Positions 40,284 through 55,030 are shown, counted from the whole stretch's first letter. The stretch is 62,988 nt of DNA, filler included, from Platydemus manokwari (GCA_037951405.1; 6 parts of 6 records of this genome joined end to end with filler, not necessarily neighbours in it); one strand, 5' to 3'. The notes: generated by a model from the letters alone, not told the origin. Translations and numbers: made by a program.

Positions 40284-41649
40284 ATATGAATTTAACACGA
40301 CTCTAAGAACTTCAAATCACAAAGTATATCTAATCAAATTATCCAATCATATTAAATCATATTGATATATTTTCTATCTATAATGATCATTCAAAAATCA
40401 ATTGACTTCAAAGTTCTAACAGACACGATAAAATTTTATTCAAAATATGATTCCATCTGTCATACCGTGATAATTGTCACTGACATCATTTCAACTTTAA
40501 TTATTCTTTTGTACTTTAAGACCTCATAGCATTTAAAGAGTTTTTACACCATTGGGCCATTGAGCATAGTAAATTAATTACGATTATTATTAATTCTTGT
40601 AAATTATTAAATAATATATTCAAATAAATATAAATTATAAATGGATATATAATGAAATTAAATAGCAAAACACAAAGCCACATAATGGAAAATAACTTGA
40701 ATAAATATTTGATTAATAACCACAGGCATTGTTTGGTGGTGTATTTAGGCAAGCATAGTCAATCAGTTGAGAAAACTAAATCAATCCGAGCAGTTTACTC
40801 AGCTAAATTAGCAAGTCAACACGAATCCACACGATTCGACTTCTCAGATAGACACTGAAGGCATTGGCATAGCCAACAATGTATTTTTCAATAAACGAAA
40901 TCCATAAAAATCTGTTTTTCCAAAATCGATATGTTGATAATTTTAGGATTTATTTTTTGTGTGAAATAATTTTCAAAATTATGTTGACACTTGTTTAAAT
41001 GGGTGGATTTAATAATATATGTATATGTGATTTTGGGAATTTGGCTATTATATTCGAAACAGAACTGGGATTCTTTAATGATTCAATATCATGGATAAGT
41101 TTCTGGAAAGAGAACAATATGATGGTTAGTTTCAATAAAACAAAATCAAAAATAATGTTGGAATAAAACAGAATTTCAATAACATTATAATGGATTTCAA
41201 TCGATAATTAGGATGATCAGTTGGTTTTGGAAAAAGAATTAAAAAGCCATTTGTAAGTAGAAGACGGGGTTTGAATTAATGATATAAATATAACATCAAT
41301 TTATGAATATTGGTGCTGTTGAATAGGATGGGTTAAATATTTCTTGGATTAATGGAGAGGAATCTAGGTAATAATAGTAATTTTGAGGTTTAATTAAAAT
41401 CATTAAAAATAACAACTTTTAAATAACGATTTAAAAGAATTTAATAAATTTTAAAATATTTTAAATTTTTATAAGTTAAATTTAATTTTTTAAAATAAAT
41501 ATTTATATATATAACACTGAACAAGATTAAAAACAAATGAGAAAGCTCTCCAAAATTTGTTTGAATAATGTTTATTGGTTTTATAAAATAAATTTGAGAA
41601 AATCCTAATCATGAGTTCTTTTGATGAAACACCAATAACAAGTGAAGTA

Positions 41650-42420
41650 GCGGTCACTAACAATGACGACATAAATACTCTACCATCCAATGATGATGTA
41701 ATTAATTTTTTTCACGTGAAAACCCAGTACTAATGTATGGGATTATATTAATGGGCATTGTAAAACTGCCTTCTATAAATTAGAGCGAGAATCTATCCAT
41801 CCGAGTGAAGTTCTCTCTATTCTAATATCAACAGATAATACCTCACCTACCTGTGACAAAATTACATATCGTAATCTTTCACTTTTGGATGATGAAGGTA
41901 TTCTTCTAGCTCATTTTTTAATAAAGTAATTTTGACTCGTAAATTATAACAACCCTCGTTCCAAAATTTGGTAAAGATGACCAGTATAAAAATATCAATA
42001 ACTTCAATTTAATTTTTTTCGTCAATTTTGACTAGAAAATTAGTGCATTAGATTAAAGATAATAACTTACTTAACAGGGGTCAAAACGGTGGTTCTAAAC
42101 ATGGGGTTTTATTGAACACAACGCTGTTCATAATGCTGCTTTTGAAAATTCAAAATATACACCAAATTTTATCCATTTCTGTTGCTTGGTTTAATATCGC
42201 AAACGTCATTCATAGTGTTCCACATAAATCTCTATGGGATCTGCTTCGTTTAATAGGTGCAAATGACCCTTTTGTGAATATTCTTTAATTGTTCTATACT
42301 GATATAAGTTCATTTTATATTTGTTGACCTATTATTACACCGTACTTGTCTATTTGAAGAGGAGTCAAATAGGGTTGTCCTAATTTGATGACTCTGTTGT
42401 GATAGATTTCATCTAATCTG
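41650..42420 (+). mobile_element. heavily decayed RLE-type non-LTR RT
   Basis: NTSPTCDKITYRNL, VAWFNIANVIHSVPH and RGVK*GCP fragments. Confidence 0.7.
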
Positions 42421-42791
42421 TAAAACAATCAAACTATTCCGACCCCAGAAAAAGGCGATATAAGTGAAAGAAGAAAGTAACATTGTAAAGAGCCGTGCCT
42501 TTACTGATTCGATGACGTCACGAATCATAAGCTTTTAAACACAAGCAGGTCAAACACAATCCTAGAAAAATGGACCAAATTCGTATTCTAATGAATTTTG
42601 TGACACATTTTTCAAATTACCTGACTATGCTTAATATGTACCTGTAACACTTTTTAAAATTAGTTTCCAAAAAATTTTATTGAAGATCAAAAAACAAGAG
42701 ATTGAAAAATAGAATATTTTAGCTCATTGTGTTCCGTTTGAAATTATGATGACATGTAATAAAATCAAAGTCTATATTAATTTATTCAAAA

Positions 42792-45593
42792 TCATCCAAA
42801 GAGAAAAGTATTGTAACAAGGTGATTTGTTGAAAACACAATTCTTTCGGTAAACAACCAATCTCGTATTCGAGAACCACACATTAGAACCCCATGCTACA
42901 GCTGCTCGTGTGTCAGCATCCGCACAATTTGGTATAAGATTGTTGAAATAATTTACCCATCCTCGCGCAAATTCCCTATCAGAAAACCATGAATTATAAT
43001 TCCCAATTATTAGACTATTTCTTTGAATATGTGACATTGCTTTGTCACCATCTGATTGATCAACACTTGATACAATTATATTTCGACCATAGGATCTGAA
43101 TCTAAAAGTTCCTTGACAAGATGAAACAGTGTGATCTTTAAATCCAGATAATTCTTTATAAACCAATACAAACCAATCCCTCCAATCGTATTTCTCGGTT
43201 AAAAAAGTGTACAGTGTTCTTAAAAATTGCTCATTGGATTGAGAAACATATGATTTCAATGTATCATCTAAATCGATCTCATATTGATGAACGTATTGGT
43301 TTTTAGTTTGATAATCAATTGTTTCCATGCTTTCTTTTAATACTTGAAGTTTCTTTTCCCATAACGATTTTGCATAATCAGAATATTCTTGATTATTATA
43401 TTTTAAATTTATATACAAAGCTTCTATTTGAATGGCTTGTGTCAATAGTTGTACCATACCTACCATAAATTCTTGAACCTATTGTCAAAGAAATAGAATT
43501 AATTTTTTCATAAAATAATGAATAAATAATCTAATATCAATATAAAATTACGATCAAAGCTTTTTAAACTTAATTTTTTTTCAAATTTTTATGAAAATAA
43601 GTAGATTCAAAAATTTCAAAATATTTAAAACAATGCACACAACAGTTTAAAATACAGTCAACTCTGTTCAAAATGAACAAAATTTAATTCGAACATTGTT
43701 CAATGTGAACATTTAAGTCAAAAATTATTGGAAATCATATGGATTTCAGAGGAAATTATGCTTTACAATACGAACACTGTTTATTTTGAACAATGAACAA
43801 AAAATAGTGCAAAAATAAATCAATAAGTTAAACAATTATTGTTTAAATATTTAATTTTCAACTGTCTTTTATGAACATGAAAATCACAACTTCAAAACTA
43901 AAGAAATATTATTTAAGTATCGAAGAGTTAAAAAAAATTTTTAAATTATTCGATAAAGATAAAAGTCATTTTCAACGCTTTCTTTCATCAGAAAATAATC
44001 TTTCAATAAGCTGTATAAATAATCTAATGAAATCTAAAGACTCCATTTTGAATTCAAACATGAATACCAAACAAAAACGAAAACACATCAAAGTAGTGGA
44101 TATCAAGTTGATGCCATTTTATATGGATGGTTTTAGATCCAGAGAACAAGGAACATTAGTGTCGGTGGTAATATACTACAGCAAAAAGCATTAAAATAAT
44201 CAAATCACTTAGGAAAACATGATTTTAAAGCATCGAATGGTTGCTGAATTATTTTCTTACCAGGGATATGATATGAATTCTTGAACCTATTTTCAAAGAA
44301 ATAGAATAATTTTGTAATGAATAAATTAATGAATAAAGCAATGAATAAAGTAATGAATAAAGTAATGAATAAATAATCTAATACCAATATAAAATTACGA
44401 TCATAGCTTTTTAAACTAAAAATTTTAAAATATTTATAAATTTACACATAAATTTAAAATATTAAAAAAATATTTAAAGAACATTAATCAACCAAACCTT
44501 TCGACGATGGAATTGCGTATTTTTCTGACTTGCTTTAAATAAATTTTCCGAATAAGTCTGATCTAATCGTATCATTGACATGTACAATGTATCACCAGAA
44601 GATCGGTAATCTGTTTCATATTTTTGAATGAAGATATTCTTTTGTAATTCTTTCGAAGATTCAGGCACATTTGGCAAAGAGACAACTAAATTGTGCAGAT
44701 TAATAATATTGTTTTCAATGTCGCTAAACCTGACCTGTTTAATGGAAAAGTTAAAATTTAAATATTGATTTTATCATGTTTAAATTTTAAAAAATAAATT
44801 TTTAAAGGCAAATAAATGTTTATTTGAGATTACTAATCATTATTGATCATTTGAAATGAATCGTGAAATTTTATCGATTTTCAGCAGCTTATCTTGAAAT
44901 ATATTGGATAAACTTAAATTCGAAACAAATCTTTTATTTTAGTAATCTTTATAATTATTCACTTTAAAATTAATATAATTATAAAAAATATTATTTTTCA
45001 CAGTATTTTTAATAAAATATAATTGTCAATTGATAATTTTAAATTTTCAAGTTACCTTATCCAATGAAATATAATCACAAAAACATTTTTTACCCGTAAT
45101 TACAAATTAATTTAGTTTTTTCTCAATTTAAAATTCTATTTTATTAATCAACTCTTACTTGTACAGCACTCCACTCAATCATGTTTTTAATTTCTTTAAA
45201 TTCAATTCCCCATCTGTCGATTCTGTTATTAAGATTTTTGAATTCTTTTTTCATTAATGCCATTTCTGGTGATTCAATGTCTATGAATAAGAAAACAATC
45301 GATATAAGCACCGACGCAACACTGAAAATCGGCCCAGCAACACTAGATATCTGTGTCAAGGTTTTGAAAAAGTTTTTCTCTTCAAGAAATTTGAAGAACT
45401 GTGCGGCACCCTTAACACCATTAAGAATTTGTTCTTTTTGATTAGGTGTTAAATCCGCTCTTTTCAATCGAGCAACATCAAATTTCTCCAAAGACCGAAC
45501 TGCAAATGAAGATCCTACAATTTTATCTTGTTCGCATCGAATGGAATATATGAAAATTGCGAATAACAATGAACAGAAAATTACAGTTTTCAT
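42792..45593 (-). CDS. secreted rapunzel-like protein, ~452 aa. Exons 45593-45159, 44734-44498, 43478-42792
   Basis: Signal peptide MKTVIFCSLLFAIFIYSIRC; hydrophobic hairpin AGPIFSVASVLISIVFLF followed by SPEMALMKKEFKNLNNRID; C-terminal LYTFLTEKYDWRDWFVLVY; phase-0 GT-AG introns. Confidence 0.75.
43655..44270 (+). mobile_element. truncated pogo/Tigger transposon in intron 2 of the rapunzel-like gene
   Basis: TA-preceded TIR cagtcaactctgttcaaaatgaac, HTH-like LSIEELKKIF…SISCINNLMK, and the CENP-B-type DFKASNG motif; no right TIR. Confidence 0.75.
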
Positions 45594-46639
45594 TGAGGTT
45601 TGTTGATCTAATTTCGATTCAATAATATTTGGAATTTATCTACTTAATCAATGTAAATGATTTGAGAACTGACTTGTGGTAGATAACCTCTTTGAAATTC
45701 GTATATGACCATCATCCAATTAATTTGACAAATTATTTTTATTACATAACAAATTCAACAAAGTACATTTTGAAAGTATCGTTTACTGTTAATAGTATTA
45801 ATTTAGTATATTTCGATGTGGTGTAGAAGCTTCTCTGTAGATTTACGAACATATTCGATGATCTTATTCATTAAAAACAAATGTATCACATACTGAGATA
45901 CGCATGCTCATTTAAAAATTTCTAATAGAGTGAAAAGTTCATGAAAATAATAATAATCATCAATTATAGATTATATTTCTGTAATTTATAATTTTTAGAT
46001 TTAATCAATATCAGTAGTAAAAATACAATTTGATGTCTTAATTTTTTTTCCGACCAATAAGAGTCCTAAATATGCAAACAAATATTCAAGATAATATCTA
46101 ATTTTAAATAAGGCTTTATTATATTTTGCTTAATAAGCCACAGAACTCCTCCAACATCAAATAAATATTAACTTCCTTAAGGAGCTTAAAATATTTCGCT
46201 TTATAGAAAGTATTTTTGGTCAGATGCACAATGGAACAGTTTTGTATGTTTGGTGGTTGTGCGTTCACTATTCCACACAATTTAGCACTGATAGATTCGA
46301 GCAGTTGTAAAAATTTTTAACTGCACTATACAGGAATCTTATCTCTTTCACATCCATTTTATATAAAAAAATTTAAATTCGATTTTTTAAAATCAAATTA
46401 GTTCCGAAATTCTCAAATCCATTAATCGCCTGATTTATTAATTCATTCATTAATAAATCTGTGAATGTACGATTTCTGAAACATCTGTATTTTAAGGATT
46501 TTTATCACTAGTCATTGACTATCAGCAAAAATTAAAAATTAAAATGTTGTGAAAAATTTATTGTAACGTTAAATTTAAGGTTTAGAGTGGAATCGTGTTC
46601 TTTATTTTGATAGTACTGTTTATGACCAACTATCGTAAA

Positions 46640-49620
46640 TGGTAAAATGTGGAAGAATTTTTTTCATTAGTTGACAAATATGCAGAAGCAATGCAAATTC
46701 CGAAATATTTGAGAAGCAAATTTATGTCAAATTATGCATATCCTTGTGTAAAGTCTGAAATAAAATCCGATTTAATTGAGACAGGAGAGTTATTTTTGTT
46801 GATATATAGAAGAAGAAGAAATCAGCAATGACACTTTATTTGATGATCGGGACACTTTATCAAAGGCCGTTGGAGTCCATGAAAGACTTTTCGAAAAGAG
46901 TTAAAATTAAGGTGGCTGGAATTAACATCGAAAATAAGAAAGAAGTCTCCAAGATGATATTCATTAAAGGGCTTATTAATGAGAGCTATAAATTTGTACT
47001 GAAGTAACTGAACCTCAAAAATATAGATGAAACTGTCAGACTTATCAATGAGAAAACTGATGTCTCGAAACTAGATTCCGATGATTTGGATATGTCGTGG
47101 GATTTGAAACACATAAAACCATTGGCAGATTAAAGGATGAGAATTTAAGGTTCAAGTAATACAAATTAACAGAGCGCAGAAATTCTTCGAAAATCAGATT
47201 GCAAGAGAAATCAATGGAGGACGTAACTTGTTTCAAGTATAAATAAAAAGGACTATATGCTCATTTTGTAAGACAATTGAATGTTTTCGATGTGATAGCC
47301 TCCATCTGAATAGATTATGTCGTAAAGATGTTAAGGATGTCAAATACTTAAATATCAAAGAAAGAAGCATCACATCAGAAGAAGACAATGTCTTGAGCTT
47401 ACATACACTTTCTGAGAAAGATTGTAATATATTGGATATGGGTGACTGGAAACAAGTTAAGGCAAGAAGTCTAGGCACAATCAATTCAATTCGACCGAGG
47501 ACAACTATGCACAGTTTGTGAATGGACAATTAGATGTTGACAAAAACGGATACGGTTACAACAAACTGAAGACCAGAAAAAGCAAAAAATAAAACAATCG
47601 TCGATTGGAAAGTTGAAGATGAGAAAGTGAAGATACTGTTTAACACGAGAGCTGATTTTAATGTAATAAGATACGATTTAGTCAATAGACTAATGAAAAA
47701 GGATGATTTAATCAAAATGAAGAGATCCTCTAATAGGATTAGATGTGCAGATGGATCAATAATAAAAGCCTCAGGACAGGTTTATTTAAGAGTTGTAATT
47801 GAAGCAGAAGAATTATTTCAATATTTTGATGCAGTGCCGAACTATTTCCAAAATGTTTTATTGAAATATGTTATATTATGAATGATGGAATTTCGGTGGT
47901 ACCGAATAAAGATTACATTAAGATAAAAGAGATATACTTTGTTTCTAAATCCCAAAAATAATCTTTAAAGTGTTAGAGGTACGGTTCGAAGGTCGGAATG
48001 CGGCGGAAGTAGAAGAGGAGATCTATGTTTTCATTAGGTTGTGGCAAATTGTGAATGCACTAAAAAAATTTACACTGGAATGAATTTAGGTTGGGTAGAA
48101 AAGATAAATGAAAAAAACGAGGACATCATTGGGAATTCAGTTTGGTTGTATAATTTATGTTCCAAAAATGAAGCAAAATGCAGATAAGTCCAGACTAATT
48201 TTTCCTACACCAAATTCCGAAGTAATATTCGATGCTGTGCGAGGAGCCAGATATTTTTCAACAATAGATTTGGCGAACGGATATCATCAAATTGAATTGG
48301 AGGTAGAAGCAAAAGAAAAAACAGCAATCAGCAGTAGATACGGACAGTTTCAGTTTCATCAAAAGCCTTTTGGATTATGTTCAGCACTTGTTACTTTTCA
48401 GAAAATTATGAATGTGTTATTGAAGACTGAAAATTGGACAAACTGTGTAATCTAACTAGATGATATTTGAAAGAACAGTCAATGAACACAATAAAAGATG
48501 AGAAAGAGGCTTCAAAGAAATGTTTTTTCTTAAGAAAAGAAATTAAATACACGGATGGAGACAAACTTGGTTGGAAATGTGTAACTTCAATGTCTCAGGG
48601 AGTTACAGGAATTTATGGGATAATGTGATTATTATAGGCGGCTTATAAAAATTTTCTGGTATTATCCAACCACGATACCAATTACTGAAGAAAGAGAGTA
48701 AATTTGAGTGGAACTATAGAGCAACTGCATTATTTCACAAATTGAAATCATGTTTAATTTCAATATCAGTTCTAAGTTTGCCATGCAAAGAAAGGAAATA
48801 TGTTTTTGATACTGATGCATCTTTCGGTTCTATAGGAGCCGTGCTTACTCAAATGCAAAACAGTGAAGAACGAGTGATAGCGTATGCCACAAGAATATTG
48901 GCAAAAGCGCAGCGTAAATATTGGATAACAAGAAAAGAGTTGTTAGCCATCTATGAGTTGGTTAAAAAATATAAGCATTACCTATATGGTAAGAAATTTA
49001 TTATCAGAACTGATTCTCCCAATACATCACAATATTGTTAATAGACAGCAGAGCTAAGAATGGAAATAGAATATACAAAAGGTAAATAATACATCAATGC
49101 AGATGCAATAACACGATTTTCACATTGTGAACAATGCTCTATAAAGCATCAAAACCCACAAAAAAGAAGAAATATAAAGGTGGACTAAAAACTGTTGGTA
49201 TCCTGAAACTAAGCATGGACACCGGTTTTTTACTATGAATCATAGATTATTTTTCCAAATATGCATCACTTATCACATTAAAGCATATTATTGCAATGGA
49301 AAGAGTGAATAAGCATATTTGGAGCTCCGGAATGTATACACTTGAACAATTGAATAAGTTTTCATTCGACATTGATACCTGAATTTTGCGTCAGTATAAA
49401 AAAAGAAAACATTTTCTTCTACATATTATCCACAGTCAAATGGGCTAATTGAGAGACCTTTTAAGACAATGAAAAGCATGATTACAGCATTATTGAAGAA
49501 TCACTCATAGTGGGATGACGTAATAACACACGTTGAATATGGATTACGGATGTCACCTCAGAAACCAGTGAAGTATTAGCCATTCGAATTTCTTTTCGAT
49601 AATTAACTACGGTTATTTAT
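46640..49620 (+). mobile_element. decayed Ty3/Gypsy retrotransposon (gag, protease, RT, RNase H, integrase remnants)
   Basis: CFRC knuckle, LFNTRADF protease-like, FSTIDLANGYHQI and PFGLCSA (RT), DTDASFGSIGAVL…ELLAI…IIRTD (RNase H), YYPQSNGLIER (integrase); many stops and frameshifts. Confidence 0.9.
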
Positions 49621-49867
49621 TAACAGTTACGTATAATACATTCACGCCGGAGCAGGTTATAAAAAGCAGAACATTTGTTGATATAATTTCCCCTCTTTCA
49701 AATCGCAATCTGAATACGTTAAAATAGATTGGATTCATTTTTAAACTTCGTTATAGATGCTTTAGAAATTCGATTTTTATTTTATTTTGTGTATTAGGTG
49801 TATTAGTATGATTCCGGCTTTTTTTTTTAAAAAAACAAAAACATTTTTTAAAATATTTATTTAATGA

Positions 49868-49967
49868 NNNNNNNNNNNNNNNNNNNNNNNNNNNNNNNNN
49901 NNNNNNNNNNNTTAATTAATTAANNNNNNNNNNNNNNNNNNNNNNNNNNNNNNNNNNNNNNNNNNNN
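49868..49967. other. artificial contig spacer
   Basis: N44-TTAATTAATTAA-N44. Confidence 0.98.
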
Positions 49968-50152
49968 ATTACTACTATTATTATTATGAATATGATTATG
50001 ACTATTTTTTTCAGTTTTTACTGTATTTTTACTGTATTATTATTAATATTATTATGATTGTGATTATAATGAGGATTATTATTATTACTATTATTGTTAT
50101 TATAATTTCTTACAAATCAAATACTTCTTGGTAAATATCTAAGTGAAATTAC

Positions 50153-53100
50153 TTGGTTGTTTTCGGAGATTGATTGTAAAGGAAGTTGAATTGGTGATAA
50201 TGGACTCGAACGGTGTCGAAAGCTCTTCGGGATAACTGATTCTGTATTTGATATGATAAATTGTAACGGAAGTCGTGTTCATCGTATTTGGTACATCTTC
50301 CCATTCGGTATATATGGCTAATACATCGTTAGGATATTTTCGAATATTGGTGTGGAAATATCCCACTCCATTCGTGTCTAGTGAAAGATATAGCAAATCT
50401 CAGTTTCGCAAAGATATTTCATAAAATTATCTCATAATAGATTTAGTATTTCAAATATAATAATCTCAGAAATTGGGACGACAATGTGTCTGATAAATCT
50501 TTCTGAAAAAAGCGAGAGGGGAAAAGTTTCCTATTGACCATTTATGGATAAATATTTCAGACTAATTGGAAAATCTCGTTCTCAACATATCCATATCAAT
50601 GGTCTCGAAATCTCGGTATTTCCATTGTAATTTTGAATATCAGGTTTGTCAATAAATGAAATTTTGCTTTCGCTTTGAAGGGATTTTATTTTGTGATTAT
50701 TATGAAGCTAGACAAATCTAAATGATATTTTATGGGATTTTTTGTCTTCTATCAGTCGATTCTGGCAATTGCGGTTTAAAGTTATTCTGAAACAATTGAA
50801 TGGAATTGTCTTTTTCTTTCAACATTCATTTTGAGGATTTTCATTATGATTATTTTGAAAAATCAATTATTAAAGATACTTTTATATAATTAATTTTAAT
50901 AATTTAAAGGAATGTAATTGTGGGTTGAATTTCTTAAATTCGCATATATTGAAAAATTAGGAATAAATATAGCGACTCAAAATTTTGATTTAATTTTGAA
51001 AAAATCAGAGAAATCCAAGGAGATAAATTTAAATGTTTTCAGCAAGAAACCTTTATTTATAAAAGTAAATAATTGGCTGAGTTCACTCCGACTCAAATAG
51101 AATTGGTAATGTGAATATATGAGCAATAATATTGATTTTCATTATCATAATTATAGTTGTGGTAGGCATTATTCCAAATGCAGGTTTCATAAAGAAGATG
51201 CAAGGAGCATTTAAAGAAGATATAAAGGAGATATAAAGGAGATATAAAAGAAGATATTAAAAGATAGAAGAATTAGAGATCTCGTGTAATGATCTATGTA
51301 GAATTTTCAAAGATTTTAAAGAAAGGGCGATGTAAGATATTTTGAATGAATCAAATTTTTAATTCAAATTTAATAATATATTTTATATAAAATTATATTT
51401 ATATTTGTATTTAAAGAGAATTTTGGTGTCTTGACTTTTCAGTTCGAATTTTAATGTGTTGCTTTTAAAAGAATAGCGGCTAACAATAATAATGATAGAA
51501 GTAAACAGAAGTAAGCTTATGATGTTGAAAGAATAAATGTCATGCATAATTTGAAAAGCAATCGATAAAAAACATATTTAAAGAATTTGACATAGAGAAT
51601 CTAAATAGATTTAGTGAATACGGAAATATATAGACGATTTGATTGAAAGAATTTTAATAAAATCCAAGATTTTTAACAAGGATTGATATGAGGATTTTAA
51701 AGTTTTGATAAATAAATTTTAATTAATTAAAATAAGATGTAGATTTATATAAAATCGATTAATGATCAATATAATTTATTTGAATATTTTGATAAGATAT
51801 ATTCTGGATTGTTCCTATATTCGTTTAAAATTCGTATTCAATAGAATAGATAATATTTATTAGCATGTATGTATATATATGCGTGTGTGTGGTAGTGCTA
51901 TAAATGATATTTTAGGGCCTATTTAGGATTGGACATTTCTTGCAGTACTTTTTCTTGATCAAATGTATATTAACAAAGCACAATGATAAAAATCAAGTAT
52001 AATAAATGGTTTAACAAATGTAAGTTATTCATTTTAATTGTTCTCAATATTTATAATAATATATTCCATACCTGTAGCAATTTAGTTTCGTTTATTACAA
52101 AGCCACTATCTGGTAATATTGGGAATTTCGTTTATATTTTAATAGTCATTTCGGTGATAAACCAGTTAGTCTTTTGAAAATAATTAAAAACATTCCGCTA
52201 CCGACATTCTGACATTGTAAAAGAGAGTGAATGGGTTAAAGATTACTTACCAGATTAGATTATTTTTTTCAATATCAAGTCAGATTAGCGATACTAGAGG
52301 GAAACGACTCGAAATATCTATCGATTTTTATTCTCAAAAGGTATCTCATACTCATAGCTTTAACTTTTGTAAGATGTGGACAATGACGGGTGACCTGATC
52401 TCGATTTTTATTGCATTGTGACATGTCGGCTTATCTTATCCAACATAAAACGAGATAATGTAAAAATGACGAATAAGCTATTTTAAATATACGATCAATA
52501 GTGGGAGTTACAGACATGGAAAAATGCTAATATTCCTGTTAATAAAGGTATTTCATGATGGAAATGTATGAATAACTCCGGCTTATGCATTGTAAACAAG
52601 GGTGTGTAAAATACACGCCCACACATATATTTCTATACTGTAAAGTCTCGGATATAAGCTGCATAGCGTTTAAGCTATATATCATACGTATTTGTGGTGT
52701 ATTTTATAATCGTTAATTTGCAGCATGTACTCCTTGATTTATTTGAATTTTATTTCGATTACCAGAAAACAATTTTTTTTTAAATTTCCGCAATGTTTTT
52801 TTAAAATTTTAAATTCCATATTAAAAATGAACAACAACATTAAACGAAAACAAAAGAAATGGCTAAGATCTATGAGTTCATTAAAGAAATAAGAAATTAT
52901 ATTTATACTCACAAATCTATTTTAAATTGTTTTACTTATAAATATTTTGTTCAACTATTTCTCTTTCTGAGCATAAAATTAAAAAGAAAACCAAATAAAA
53001 GATTTATCGTGTTGCTTGCAAACCATGTATGTTAATTTTATTCTCTGATGTTTTTTGGTAAATTTATGCATTGAATTTTAGATTTCCAGGCGAAGATTTG

Positions 53101-55030
53101 TCACTGATATTGATAGTATCTAATAAATTATTCTGACACCCTCCTGATTATTATCAAAAAATCCATTTTAAAATTTATATACACATTTCTAATCACTTTC
53201 TTCGTTGAAATCTATGTAGATATTTCCTTGCTAATCCTTGTCTAATTCTCAGTTCAGTTTTTAACCTTTGGAAGGCAGATGTATATAAAAAGAAAAGTTA
53301 GAAAGAAATAGTAATCCCGTTATCTTTTTGATTGCGAGCATTGTGATCGATTAATGTTATTATTTCGAAATAGAACTGAATCAACGATATGTTTTGTTGT
53401 TTTTTGATATTTTTTTCATTCTATTTTTGATTTGTTACTTTCAAATATTGAAAAAGCTTGAGAAAACCCGGAATATTCAGCAAATTATTAAGTAAAAATC
53501 ACAGAATATTCTGTATTTGTATTCGTTAACCATGAAAATCTCCATATTTTTTATTAAACTTTCACATTGTCCTCGGAAAGATTCTTCACAAATTTAATTG
53601 AAATTTTTAATTTTTGCCACAGTTATTCATGTCTTGATGTACAAGAAAAACGACTAATGAAGTACAATTTTCGAGAAAAGTGCAAATATATTTAGGTTAA
53701 TAATATATATTTATAATTCAATATTAGAGACAAAAACTAAATCGTTTATAAACATAATACTATAATAATTAAGCATTTAAGCCACAGTTTTTCAAGACTT
53801 TTGTGAGTATAGATCTCTCTATAAGCACCGGTACACCTAAAATTTGTCGAATTACAAACAACAGCTATGTAACCCCAATCAATGCGAAATTTATGCGAAG
53901 ATGAAGAGTTTTTGACAAGCATTTATTTCAAGGTTATGCCATGAGTGTCTCGGTCGGTTAATCATGATAAAGGAAATACTGAAGGAATAATATATAAATG
54001 AAATTCCTTAAACAATGCTTGAGCTTAATATGCTTGAGAATAACATGAATGGAAATGTTCTTTCTACCTTAACTTAGCCGTTTATTTTTCGTGACCTTAA
54101 ACATGCAATCGAAAATACTTTTTGGATGAAAAGTGTGAAGAATGTTGTTCAGTAAAAAAAACTGTTGAAAATGCATACCTAGCTAAGTTTGAGTGCAAGT
54201 AGATCGTGATCCTCTTGATCTACCATAGTGGAAACCCTGTGTTCCACGAGATATTAGTTGAAAACTACTGATATAGACTCACTTCGATGAAAATATCAGA
54301 TTTTTTTCAACAACATTATTTTAGATTTTCATTTTTGTCTTAAAAAATCACTTACAGGCCTTTTTCGTTTCAATGATTTTACTCAAATAGAATGACTCTC
54401 GCACGGTTCCGGTTTTTTCTTCGTGAAGAAATGTCAATCTGATTTGATACTTTCGATTGGGGTTTAACCGGGTGAAATTGAACGCATTCCATTCATCGAT
54501 CTGTTTATTGTATTTCAAATTCTCCAGTCTGTGTTTTCTAATCGATTTGGTCGTTTTATCATGAACTTCAATCAACTGCAATGTCATATTGAGAGCATCT
54601 TTACTGGGTTTGCGCCATCGTGATGCAATAGTGAACGATGTGCGTTCTAGAACTTCGATTACGTTTTTATTTTCTTTTGCTAAAAAATAGTAGAGTAAAT
54701 AATAGAATCGAATCGATTAGAATTTCTACTCACCTTTTCCGGCAGAAGTGATTACCAATTTCACTGGCATACCAAAACCGACTTGATTGTAAGCTCTGAG
54801 TATGCATGTTATTTCTTCATCTTCTTTGACGGAATGGATTTCGTAAGAGTATTGATTGAGATTGATATTGACGACTTTTTTTTCGGACTGACCATTTGGA
54901 ATGGAATTGGTTATTTCTAATTGTAATCCTTGACAATTCTGTAGTTTGCTAGGATCCGGTTCTTCCCATTCAAGCTTTATTGAATTTAAAAGGATATATG
55001 TTGCTCGAAATTCTGGACATTCAGATATGG
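50153..55030 (-). CDS. fibronectin type III repeat protein, partial. Exons 55030-54734, 54679-54356, 50377-50153
   Basis: Phase-1/phase-1 exons with FN3 patterns: SIKLEWEEP…LRAYNQVGFG; TSFTIASRWRKP…FTRLNPNRKYQIRL; EWED…YHIKYR…TSFTI. Confidence 0.75.

Noticed and set aside
10041-49967. Recurrent TTAATTAATTAA palindromes, and ORFs containing X that run into them
   Set aside because: Identical N-padded artificial linkers; adjacency across them has no biological meaning
52070-52320. Exon-like segments with good splice signals between FN3 exons
   Set aside because: Stops in the frames I tested and no recognisable domain
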